From Limnochordia bacterium (GTDB taxonomy: Bacteria > Bacillota > Limnochordia > DTU080): 64,000 nucleotides of DNA. The DNA is taken from the NCBI GenBank assembly GCA_050951545.1, contig JBMNJG010000013.1, forward strand, positions 43,396-107,395, in the 5' to 3' direction. The translations under genes were made by a program, and so were the position numbers. Positions 1 to 9,402 of this stretch are shown here, piece after piece. Position 1 is the first letter of the stretch, and every line of letters starts with the position of its first letter. The notes below the pieces were generated by a model. The model made no database searches and had not been told where the DNA came from. It was given only the letters and a program-made list of their open reading frames with translations.

Positions 1-1
1 A

Positions 2-967
2 GAGCGGTGCCGCTATGAAAACCCATGCTTTCTCATCCTGTCATATATCCTCATTAGGCGCAATGCATGCAGTGTGCAACAACTGCTTGAGGACGAGCTT
101 TTCCACAAAATAGGTATGGGGAAGGTCGGATGGATCACGCGCAGGCCCGATGACATTATTCTCGGGATTCAGGCCACCCCACGCGACTATGCGCGTATTG
201 GTGTGTTGCTCCAGCATTACGGGTACTGGGGCGCTGAGCAAGTTGTTTCGGAACGCTGGCTGAGGGCGGCTACATCCAAACAGGTTCTCTATCCGGAAGG
301 ACGTCGGGCAAGTTGGTATGGCTATCTGCTGTGGTGTGACAATATTGGCGGCTTTTCCGCCGTGGGCGACCATGGACAGCGGATTCTCGTGCTGCCTGAA
401 CGTGATCTGGTGATAGTCATGACAGGAACCGAACCGCAACACGGGAAGCTGTATGACGCGTTTGTCACGTTTCTCATCGACAAAGAGGAGCATGATTTGG
501 CGAATGGTGCCCTACTAGACGAAGTGCTGACAGCAAATCGGCCCATGTCGCACACACCAACGCTGCCGAAAACAGCTCACGACATCAGTGGTGTCGTGTA
601 CAGGTTTTCTCCGCAGGAATACTCGTCACCCTCTGAATTGCAGTTCCATTTCGATGGCTCAGATACATTCCTGCTTGACATTGGCAATGCTGAAGGGCGG
701 CACGATCGTCTGAGAGGGGCATTGAACGGCACATTCCATATTGGAACAGTCTCCCCCGAAAACGTCTTCGGTTTTCAGCAGAATAACTATACGGAAACCG
801 AGGTCGCCGTACGGGGCCAGTGGACATCCGACTCGGTGTTCGAATGTGAGATTCGACCGTTGCGGTACGGGATGGCGTATCACTATGTGCTGACCGTGCA
901 TGATGGCGGTGTGCAACTCTATTGCAGAATGAACCGGCGCACAGAAACGCTGAATTCGCTAGAATAA
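2..967 (+). CDS. Serine hydrolase, beta-lactamase class C-like family (5'-truncated by window edge)
   Basis: Frame is open from base 2 (ERCRYENPCFLILS, YxN motif) through LFHKIGM...TPRDYARIG...QVVSERW...YGYLLW...AVGDHGQRILVLPERDLVIV. The SxxK motif would lie upstream of the window. Confidence 0.75.
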   Translation, partial: ERCRYENPCFLILSYILIRRNACSVQQLLEDELFHKIGMGKVGWITRRPDDIILGIQATPRDYARIGVLLQHYGYWGAEQVVSERWLRAATSKQVLYPEGRRASWYGYLLWCDNIGGFSAVGDHGQRILVLPERDLVIVMTGTEPQHGKLYDAFVTFLIDKEEHDLANGALLDEVLTANRPMSHTPTLPKTAHDISGVVYRFSPQEYSSPSELQFHFDGSDTFLLDIGNAEGRHDRLRGALNGTFHIGTVSPENVFGFQQNNYTETEVAVRGQWTSDSVFECEIRPLRYGMAYHYVLTVHDGGVQLYCRMNRRTETLNSLE

Positions 968-1235
968 CGTTCTCTCCAAATAGCGAACGCAACTCGCGGT
1001 CTATAGCTGGTCTCAGGCTTACTGCGCCGGTGACAGAGCGATAGGGGTGTGCGCAGACGTGTCGATTACCTGTAGCGTGTGGCTGTGCGTGTTATCTGGA
1101 ACCGGATAATCGAGATAGACTCGCAAAGCCTCATCGACAGACCCGTATTGCTTGAGGTTCCTTCCGAGATCCTGCCAAGGCTTCAAGTGTCGACACAGTG
1201 ATTTCGGGTTAGTTGGGGACTGCTGCGGACCTGTC

Positions 1236-2441
1236 TCACGGCCGCGCATCCATCTGTTTCAATGCCTGGATCAGGCTGCTGTAGAGGCTCATGAAACGTG
1301 ACTCGTCCAGCGGCTCCACATTGTTCCAAGTGGCGCTAACTGCGAAGAACCTGCCAGACTGGCTCACCAACCATGTCGTCAGGTTGAGCACCCCGGGCTC
1401 CGAACCGCCTTTGAATGCTATGCGTTGCCAATCGGCAGGATACGCAACACCGGGGTTGATGCTCATGAGCGGCAAATCCTGAACATGGGCCATCAGGTTT
1501 ACCAACTCGCCGACAGAGAAGAACCACTCGACATCCAAGGCCAGAGGGCCGCCGGAGAAGGCGGAGGCATCAGGCAACGGCGCCGCCTGGATGGCGGGTA
1601 GCATCTCTCTTTTGGCTTGCGCATCACTTTGACGGTAAGCGTCGAGTAGGGACTCATTCACAGGATTCTTCAGCGCAAATGCTTCTCGGGTGCTCAAAAA
1701 AGGCCGATTTACCTGGGTATACGCTTCGATGGTTTCTCGACCGACCACATCGATCAGCATGTCGGTCGCTGTGTTGTCACTCATGGATATCATCAATGAC
1801 GCCACTGTCTGAATGGTTAAGGGCGTGCCGATCGGCCAGGCTTGCAGGATGCCGGTAGGCAGGCTGACGTGCTTCTCGGATAGCCTCGCAACTGTGTCCC
1901 AGGCTAGTGCTCCGGAGTTGATCTTGTCTTTCAACGCAGCCAGAATCGCCAGCTTGAACGTGGAGCCTACCGCCAATCGAGCCTCCGGAGCGATAGCGCC
2001 CATCACGCCAGTGTCGGAGGCGACCAGAACGCTGACTTGGCCCGGCAACTCGGAGAAGCCCGCCAGAGCCTCTTCGAGGTCGGCAACCTTAGTTTGCGGC
2101 AAGCCGAGCCAAAAGCTGGCAATCCGGGCGTTTTCATCCAACACAATCTGCGCAGGAGCAGTGCCTCGGCTGAATACCAGCGTGTACGCTGGCGCTTTTC
2201 CTTCGGCGCACACATAGTCGCCTAATGTGCCCCGATACTGCTGCACAATCACTTCAACTTGAGATACAGGCACCTGGGCAAGAAACGTTGGCGCAAACCA
2301 ATTGGCGTCAATGGCGTCCGCCTCGAAAACTTGAGCCAGTCGGTCCTCAGGGGTCACGGCGGCGCCCAGGGCTTGACCGCTGCACATCAGCAATACCGTC
2401 AGCACTGTAAGTGTGATAGTACGATAGGTCATGGTTACCAT
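1236..2441 (-). CDS. Secreted class A beta-lactamase-like serine hydrolase with N-terminal extension domain
   Basis: Signal peptide; GSTFK (SxxK), SDN and KGG (KTG-equivalent) motifs. Start moved to ATG 2441, which follows a GGAGAG RBS. Confidence 0.8.
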   Translation of the reverse strand: MVTMTYRTITLTVLTVLLMCSGQALGAAVTPEDRLAQVFEADAIDANWFAPTFLAQVPVSQVEVIVQQYRGTLGDYVCAEGKAPAYTLVFSRGTAPAQIVLDENARIASFWLGLPQTKVADLEEALAGFSELPGQVSVLVASDTGVMGAIAPEARLAVGSTFKLAILAALKDKINSGALAWDTVARLSEKHVSLPTGILQAWPIGTPLTIQTVASLMISMSDNTATDMLIDVVGRETIEAYTQVNRPFLSTREAFALKNPVNESLLDAYRQSDAQAKREMLPAIQAAPLPDASAFSGGPLALDVEWFFSVGELVNLMAHVQDLPLMSINPGVAYPADWQRIAFKGGSEPGVLNLTTWLVSQSGRFFAVSATWNNVEPLDESRFMSLYSSLIQALKQMDARP

Positions 2442-2746
2442 CTCTCCACTCGGGTTGAGTAGTATCACTACGCATTTACATTTAGAGACACAGCCAGCGA
2501 TTCCTTTGCTGTGGTGGGCTACATCCTGGCTGAGTGATCGCGCCAGCTCGGAGCAGGGAGCCATGTGTTCGCGGCTGAAGAAGACAACTGAATTGTGGTT
2601 ATGTGTCAGGATTTCAACTCATCGACATGCAGCGTCAAAGCAGAGTTTGCTGCTTGAGGATCTTCAATCCACTCCCAGCTGGAAATGGCGTCTGAAGACG
2701 ACGTGACAGCTCCATGCGTTGGAGCCGCAGTTGCCCGCTGGTATAG

Positions 2747-3505
2747 ACCGGCAAGCTTGCGTGGGAGGATGCGTCTCGTAGATCATGGGATGACTTTGAG
2801 TTTGCATTCCCAGAGGGTGAATCGAACCGGGCAGCCCAGGTTCGAGGTAGGAGGGCGATAGATAAGCTGGTGGAGCAGCATTCGGGCGAATGCACTGTGG
2901 CCGCGTCTCATGGGACGCCTCTGGCCTTGATCGTGCACTCCTATGACAGTGCGTACGGAGAACGTTCTCTGGAATATGCCAGACGGCGCGCGGCAGAAGC
3001 ACAGTTACCTATTGAATACCGCCGTATGGACTTCTTTACGATGGAATACGTCGACGTCTTTGATGCTGTGGTTCAAGTGTATGGCGAGCTTTGCACCTTC
3101 TCCGATGAGAAGCGGGACACCCTGTTGCGGTTGATTCACAGGGCTTTGAGAAAGGAAGGCCAACTCATCTTTGACGTGACCACCCGAGCGCTGAGGGAGC
3201 GAACAGGACTGCGGAGTAGCTGGTATATGAGCAACGGAGGCTTCTGGCGCCCCAGCAGGCATCTGGTTCTAGAGCAAGGGTATGACTACCCGACTGCCTC
3301 GGTCTGGTTGGATCAGTTCATCGTTATCGATGACCGGAACGCCACCATCTATCGAAACTGGTTTCACGACTATTCCTTGGACGCTCTCAGCTGCGCCCTC
3401 ACGCAGTCAGGATCTGTGACCAGGCATGTCTGGAATGGCCTGACGGGGAGTACGTTTGCTGAAGGTGGCGACTGGATCGCCGTCGCTGCTACAAAGTCTC
3501 CATAG
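2747..3505 (+). pseudogene. Chimeric remnant: C-terminal half of a histidine phosphatase fused in frame to the C-terminal part of a class I SAM methyltransferase
   Basis: SWDDFEFAFPEGESNRAAQ...VAASHGTPLALI (His-phosphatase SHG region) runs directly into ERSLEYARRRA...MDF...FDAV...RALRKEGQLIFDV (MTase after motif I). No RHG motif and no GxG motif I. Confidence 0.6.
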
Positions 3506-3873
3506 CTACACTCTGGCTGTGTTCCGTCCAGGTAGTACCAGACGCCGGTCTGGCGGGCGCTTGCAGGCATGGCACCATGGGCTGAGTTGCTCAACAAGCA
3601 GAAGCACTCGCGTCTGGAAGACGGTGTCGACGTGTCCACTAAGGCGAGGTAACTCCAACGCTAGACCACCCATTTCTCACTCCGGGCAGAAGTGCCAGGC
3701 AGCGCTGCTCATCGTAGGTGGTCTGATGAGAATGGGGTTTCTCCGCAAATCAAGCAGGGAAAGAACTCGCACGGTGGAACGAGGCCATGTGTCAGGCAGA
3801 GGCCCTGTGTGGCAACCGTTGAACGGCCACAAATCAGAGGGTCTTCAGACGCTGTCGAAAGAAGGGCAATGAG

Positions 3874-5409
3874 ATGACGAGGTGTCTCAGTTGGCGGCTG
3901 CTCTTGGCTGTTGTGCTCGTTGGTGCCCTTGGTGCCGTGGTAGCGATGGTGTCCGTTACATGGGGCGCGCAGGCGGAGCCCTTGGATAGGTCTGCTGTCG
4001 ATCGATTCGTAGCGGGACAGATGGGCAAGCATCGCATCCCTGGCGTCGTGCTGGCCGTGTTCGAGAACGGCGAGGTGACGTACACGAAAGGCTATGGTAC
4101 GGCCGGGCGCGGGCAGCCGATGACGCCCGATACCCCGATGATCATCGGCTCGACGACGAAGTCGTTTACAGCCGTGGCCATTCTACAACTTGTCGAACGT
4201 AGCCTGGTTGATCTCGACGCGTCCGTGCGTACCTACCTGCCGTGGTTCCGGGTTGCTGATTCGGTCGCTTCGGCCAGTGTTACTGTTCGTCACCTGCTCA
4301 ATCACACAAGCGGGCTCTCCGAACTCGGCTATAACCGGGTGCTGAGTCCGAATACGACGCTTGAGCAAGGGGTGCGTGATCTCCGTTTCGCTCGACTGAC
4401 CGCGCCTGTGGGGACGAAGTTTCAGTACTTTAACCCCAACTACGCCACCCTGGCGCTGATCATTGAGACGGTCAGCGGGCAGTCCTATGGAGACTACGTG
4501 ACTGAACACATATTCGCCCCTCTAGGGATGACACACAGCTATGTCGGCAGAGACGACGCGCCAAGGGCTGGGTTAGCCCAAGGGCACAGCAAGCTGTTCG
4601 GTTTCCCGGTTGCCCGCAATCCGATCTTCCGCGCGTACATGGTAGGCGCAAACTACATCGTCTCCACGGCAGGCGATCTGAGCCGTCTCCTGATCGCCAT
4701 CGACAACGGTGGGCTCTACCGAGGAGCCAGAATCCTGTCCCCGGCTAGCGTGGCCCTAATGACGTCGCCCCCTGTGCAGGCCCTGAACAGCCCCTACGGA
4801 ATGGGTTGGGTGGTTGGCTCACACCGCGGGGAGAGGACGGGCGGTCATGGAGGTGCGGACGAGGTGTTCACGTGCCAAGCGGTGCTGTTCGCCGATCAGC
4901 ATCGCGGTTATGTCGTGTTGATGAACCAGCAGCACCTCCTCGACGGGGCCATCGCCTCCAGGCAGCTCGAGGCCGGCATGCTTGATCTGCTTCTTGCTCG
5001 ACAACCCGATGCGGGCGGCATTTCCGTGCGGTTGGTTGGTGCGGTCATCTTGGTGGTTTTCCTCGTTGCGCTGGCAACGACGTTCCGTTCTTTGGCGGGC
5101 CTGCGTGGGTGGCGAAACCAGGTCAAGACTCTCACGGCCGGGCAGATCGTATCACGAATTGTGCCACACCTGCTGATCCCGGCGCTCATTGCGTTCGTGT
5201 TGTACCGCTACCTCGGGACACTGCTTCTGGGGGAGCCGAGAGCCTGGAATTTCCGTTGTGTGGGAGCGTACTTCATGCCAGACATTGCACTTCTGATGCT
5301 TCTGGCGATCGTACCTGACCTGTTGCAGGGCGTGTACATGGCCGCAACGGCGATAGTCGATCGCATTGTCAGACGATCGGTCCGATCGTGGTATCGGAAG
5401 ATGGGATAG
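3874..5409 (+). CDS. Serine hydrolase (beta-lactamase class C / CubicO-like peptidase) with signal peptide and C-terminal transmembrane helices
   Basis: IGSTTK (SxxK), LLNHTSG, FQYFNPNY (YxN), GHGG; three hydrophobic segments at the C-terminus. Confidence 0.85.
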   Translation: MTRCLSWRLLLAVVLVGALGAVVAMVSVTWGAQAEPLDRSAVDRFVAGQMGKHRIPGVVLAVFENGEVTYTKGYGTAGRGQPMTPDTPMIIGSTTKSFTAVAILQLVERSLVDLDASVRTYLPWFRVADSVASASVTVRHLLNHTSGLSELGYNRVLSPNTTLEQGVRDLRFARLTAPVGTKFQYFNPNYATLALIIETVSGQSYGDYVTEHIFAPLGMTHSYVGRDDAPRAGLAQGHSKLFGFPVARNPIFRAYMVGANYIVSTAGDLSRLLIAIDNGGLYRGARILSPASVALMTSPPVQALNSPYGMGWVVGSHRGERTGGHGGADEVFTCQAVLFADQHRGYVVLMNQQHLLDGAIASRQLEAGMLDLLLARQPDAGGISVRLVGAVILVVFLVALATTFRSLAGLRGWRNQVKTLTAGQIVSRIVPHLLIPALIAFVLYRYLGTLLLGEPRAWNFRCVGAYFMPDIALLMLLAIVPDLLQGVYMAATAIVDRIVRRSVRSWYRKMG

Positions 5410-5424
5410 GAGGGTCACCTAGCC

Positions 5425-8346
5425 ATGCACAAGAATCTGCGGCAACTTTTGGCCTTACTTGTCTTATTCGCATCATGCATAGCGCTAACCACGTCTACCG
5501 CAGCCGCCCCAGGGCTCACTATCCCCGAGCTCCGCCAAGAGGGTGACAGACTGTGGGCCGGCCAAGGATACCTCATGGAGCGAGACGGCATCAAGATCCT
5601 GCACGTGAAGGGTTCACCCATGGAGATGGGCATGCAGCATGCTCTCTTGCTCGGCGACGACGCAGATAGGCTTAGAGCCTATGTCGATCCGACTATGCAG
5701 GAGCACAAAGGCTTGGATGCCTTGGCCTGGCGATTCCGTGATTTCTACATGACTGCCAAGCTGTCACCGACATTCGTGCGCAACCTGCCTTCACGGTACA
5801 TAGAAGAGATGCAGGGGTTTGTCTATGCTGCTTCGGGCGGTCTGGAGACGGATGTGGAGCCTGTTCTGACCGGAAACGTCTTCCAGGAGCTAGCCCTGTT
5901 GATGTGCACGTCACTAGCCGCTTATGGTGCCGCCACGATTGACGGTCAACTCTACCACGCCCGCAATCTCGATAACAACCTGCCGTTGGAAATGGTACAG
6001 AGCGCGCTTGTGGCTATAGTGGAACCGGAGGGCCGCCTGCCCTACATCACGCTCTCCTATCCGGCCAACTTCGGCGTGATGCACGCCGTAAACAGTGCGG
6101 GCATCACTGTGAGCATGAACTACTCAGTCAGCACTGATGCCACTATAGACGGCATGCCGTTCGTTTTCATGCTACGGGAGATTGCCGAAACGGCAACCAC
6201 GTTGGACGAAGCTGTACAGATCATCAAGGAAACTCCGCGGACGGTCGGGCTAAACATTGTGGTGGGCGACGCCAAAATACCACAGGCGGTGGTGGTGGAG
6301 GTTTCGGCTAACCGCTATGCAGTGCGACCGGCCACGGACGGCTTCGTCTCGGCTACCAATCGATATGCCACGGCGAGTATGCTGCCGTACCAGCTCCCTG
6401 GCTGGCACAGCTCGGCCCTGCGAGATGAGCGTCTGGCAGAGCTGGCTCAAGGTCAGCACGGCTCGTTTTCGCCGACAGTGATGGCTGAGGTGTTGCGAGA
6501 CAAGTTTGCGCCTGGCACGCTTCCGTATTCGAAACTGCTGTTTGGAATCGAGAACGTAGCTACCATGGCCTCAGTGATCTTCGATGGCGCACGCCAGGTG
6601 ATGTGGGTAGGGGTGCAAGATGCATCTGCGCCGGCATCAGATCGCCCGATGCTGGCCTTTAGCTTACCAGCGGCGTTGGCGGGTGCCGACCCGCGGCAGT
6701 CTTCCCTGGACATTCCGTTGCAGAACCCCGACGGTGAACACCGGCTGGACTGGCTCGAGTTACACGAAGCAGAGCGTTTGATGCTGGCGGGCGATTATCC
6801 AGAGGCCCAGCAGCGGCTCCACCCGTTACTCGACAAGTACCCCACGTCCGAGTACATACTGCTCCTCACAGGTTGGACGCACATGCGCCTGGGGGACCAC
6901 GACACTGCAGCCCATCATTTTCGGCTCATTACCGAGCTGGAGGAGGTGGCCAACGCTCGTTACCTGCAGGAGGCCACCTATCAGCTGGGCATCCTCGCCG
7001 ATAGTAGGGGTCAGCGGCAGGAAGCGCTGAAGTGGTACAGAGCTTCGCTGGATGTAAACGTACCTGATGTGACTGGCCATGAGCACATCCGCAAGCAGGC
7101 GCAGAAGGGGTTGCTCAAGCCGCTGAGACCGTCGGAATCACTACTGGCTTCGTGGTGGCGAGCGCTCGTGTTCCTTGGCGAACCGGAGGCGTATCCGGCG
7201 CCCGGCGGCGAGGTAGTCTCTATCTCGGTTCTGGGAGTCCACCGCACCGATCCGACGTGGATTACCAGATGGTTGGGCGTAGACATCGGCGACAGAGTCA
7301 CCGGCGATAGTGTCAGAGCTATGCGACGGTCGCTCCTGTTGCTCGGCGCCTATGAGGATGCCGTAGTAGCCACAGTGCCTCTGGGTGAGGAGAGAGTGCA
7401 TCTGGTCATCCGCATTCAGGAGGGTTTCGGTCTGTACAAGGAGCCAGTAGGGTTTATCATAGATACGGCCATCGGTCTGTCCCAGCAGACGCTAGCTCTG
7501 CGATATGACAACCTGGCCGGAAGGGCGATCAACGTTGGTGGCGCATACAGCTGGGGTCCATCTCGCCAACGCTTAGCCTACGTCGAGGCTCCTCTGAGCT
7601 TGGCTGGAGCGAACCAGATCAGGCTGCAGGCGCAGACGCACCTGGTTTCCTACGAACCTGAATACGGAATGTATGCTGGTACGAGGGAGACGGTACATCG
7701 GCAGGAGTTCCAGGGAGCGTTGAGCCGGGTACTCAGCCCGACGTGGATGCTGACAGTGCGAGGTCGCTTGTTTGATAGCCGTACAGAGACGCTACAGCCC
7801 ACGGCTGGTTATACGCCAACAAACGGACGCTTCGTGTTGGCCACTAGCACCCTAACACGCGCTAGCGGGAACAGAGCGAGGGCGAGCACTTTCACCATCA
7901 CCCCCGGTCTGTTGGTTGCCCCGACAACTGAGCACCAGGCACTTCCACGCCTGTCGGCAGAGCTGGATGTGAAAAGTGCGGTCGGCCCTCGCACACAGCT
8001 GGCCGTGTTCGGCGACGTCGGCTGGATGGATGAAGAGACCCCGCTGGTGAACCAGTACTGGCTGGGCGGTGGCCACACTCTGCGCGGCTACGCAGCGGTG
8101 ATCCCGACTACCACGTTTGCCCATGCCACGCTGGAGTGGCGTCGGTTCATGCAGGATAATCTGTACGCGGCGGCGTTCGCCGATGTCGGTGTTTTCCACA
8201 CAGCCAGTGGAGCTCAGTCTTTGTGGACTCCTGGAGTGTCACTGCGCTACCAAACGCCAGTGGGTCCGGAAGTACGCTTCACGGCCGCACACGCTCCCGA
8301 GCAGCAAAGCTGGCGATGCGATTTTGGTTTCGCTGCAGCCTGGTAG
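5425..8346 (+). CDS. C45-family Ntn-hydrolase - TPR - POTRA - Omp85/BamA-TamA beta-barrel fusion protein
   Basis: Signal peptide; GSPMEMGMQH, nucleophile CTSLAAYG..T.DGQLYHARNLD (Cys161) and SATNRY; TPR-like helices; one POTRA (about 7204-7422); barrel with LGGGHTLRGY, FADVG, TPVGP and terminal FGFAAAW. Confidence 0.8.
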   Translation: MHKNLRQLLALLVLFASCIALTTSTAAAPGLTIPELRQEGDRLWAGQGYLMERDGIKILHVKGSPMEMGMQHALLLGDDADRLRAYVDPTMQEHKGLDALAWRFRDFYMTAKLSPTFVRNLPSRYIEEMQGFVYAASGGLETDVEPVLTGNVFQELALLMCTSLAAYGAATIDGQLYHARNLDNNLPLEMVQSALVAIVEPEGRLPYITLSYPANFGVMHAVNSAGITVSMNYSVSTDATIDGMPFVFMLREIAETATTLDEAVQIIKETPRTVGLNIVVGDAKIPQAVVVEVSANRYAVRPATDGFVSATNRYATASMLPYQLPGWHSSALRDERLAELAQGQHGSFSPTVMAEVLRDKFAPGTLPYSKLLFGIENVATMASVIFDGARQVMWVGVQDASAPASDRPMLAFSLPAALAGADPRQSSLDIPLQNPDGEHRLDWLELHEAERLMLAGDYPEAQQRLHPLLDKYPTSEYILLLTGWTHMRLGDHDTAAHHFRLITELEEVANARYLQEATYQLGILADSRGQRQEALKWYRASLDVNVPDVTGHEHIRKQAQKGLLKPLRPSESLLASWWRALVFLGEPEAYPAPGGEVVSISVLGVHRTDPTWITRWLGVDIGDRVTGDSVRAMRRSLLLLGAYEDAVVATVPLGEERVHLVIRIQEGFGLYKEPVGFIIDTAIGLSQQTLALRYDNLAGRAINVGGAYSWGPSRQRLAYVEAPLSLAGANQIRLQAQTHLVSYEPEYGMYAGTRETVHRQEFQGALSRVLSPTWMLTVRGRLFDSRTETLQPTAGYTPTNGRFVLATSTLTRASGNRARASTFTITPGLLVAPTTEHQALPRLSAELDVKSAVGPRTQLAVFGDVGWMDEETPLVNQYWLGGGHTLRGYAAVIPTTTFAHATLEWRRFMQDNLYAAAFADVGVFHTASGAQSLWTPGVSLRYQTPVGPEVRFTAAHAPEQQSWRCDFGFAAAW

Positions 8347-8451
8347 AAGGCCTTGTACTGGCTGGGACGAGGTGCATTGGGGGTGGAGGCGCATGGCCGT
8401 AGAGCACCGCCGCTGATGCGCGGAGTTGTAAGGTAGACCGAGTGAGGGAGG

Positions 8452-9384
8452 ATGGCCGAGATCGTGGAAGATGCGCGTGTTCGCTCTGCAGCGTTTTCGT
8501 GGTTGGCCAAGCAGACAGAGAAGCATGGCGATGTGCTTCCACGCAGTCTGCTTGCGACTGGCTTCGAACTCGACGGGCAGCGCGTTCACCTAGTTGGTCC
8601 ACAAGGCATCTTCAAACCGAAGGTGCTGGATGAGTTGCCACTATCGATCACGACTGCTCCTGGTGGCCGCTATGATGATGCATTCGATGCCAACGGGCTC
8701 TTGCGGTACCGCTATCGCGGTTCTGATCCGGATCATCCTGACAACCGCCGCCTTCGGTTGGCATGGCGCCGTGGTGTGCCGCTGATCTACTTTCATGGCA
8801 TCGTTCCTGGGAAGTACTTAGCCGCTTGGCCTGTGTACATAGTTGGCGACGACCCCTCGGGTCTATATGTTACGGTTGTACTTGAGCAACCGAACTACTT
8901 CGACATAGCTGACGGGGCTGCAGACTTGGCTGGGGCTTTGGGTGGAGCTGACTTGGCCAGGGAAGCTGGTCGCAGTTACGCTACAGCTCAGATGCGGGTA
9001 CGACTCCATCAGCGTTCGTTTCGGGAACGTGTCCTGGAGGCGTATCGACGACAATGCGCGTTCTGCAGATTTCGACACGAGGAGCTGCTGGATGCTGCTC
9101 ACATCGTGCCTGATGCCCACAGCGAAGGCGAGCCGATTGTACAGAATGGTTTGGCTCTGTGCAGTCTTCACCACAGAGCCTTCGACAGGCATTTCATAGG
9201 AGTCACGCCAGATTACCGCATTGAGGTGCGGCCAGACATTCTGGAGGAGAGCGACGGCCCAACGTTAGTTCACGGTTTTCAGGTGCTCCACGGGAAGAGG
9301 ATCCTACTGCCGAGAGCTTCGAAGCTATGGCCTGATCGCGATCTCTTGTCGAAGCGGCATGAGGAGTTTCGGGCGGCCGTGTAG
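8452..9384 (+). CDS. HNH endonuclease with N-terminal SRA-like domain (putative modification-dependent restriction nuclease)
   Basis: C-terminal RLHQRSFRERVLEAY..QCAFC...LLDAAHI...NGLALCSLHHRAFD. N-terminal QGIFKP...SITT...YDD...YRYRG...DNRRL resembles SRA/YDG folds. Confidence 0.8.
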   Translation: MAEIVEDARVRSAAFSWLAKQTEKHGDVLPRSLLATGFELDGQRVHLVGPQGIFKPKVLDELPLSITTAPGGRYDDAFDANGLLRYRYRGSDPDHPDNRRLRLAWRRGVPLIYFHGIVPGKYLAAWPVYIVGDDPSGLYVTVVLEQPNYFDIADGAADLAGALGGADLAREAGRSYATAQMRVRLHQRSFRERVLEAYRRQCAFCRFRHEELLDAAHIVPDAHSEGEPIVQNGLALCSLHHRAFDRHFIGVTPDYRIEVRPDILEESDGPTLVHGFQVLHGKRILLPRASKLWPDRDLLSKRHEEFRAAV

Positions 9385-9402
9385 TGCGTAGGGCTGCACG
9401 AC

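Noticed and set aside
1019-1249. 76-aa ORF after the class A hydrolase
   Set aside because: Short, no motif, no clear RBS; at most a remnant.
1-5409. Antibiotic-resistance beta-lactamase cluster
   Set aside because: Motifs show only the serine-hydrolase fold; extra domains and context do not support a resistance call.
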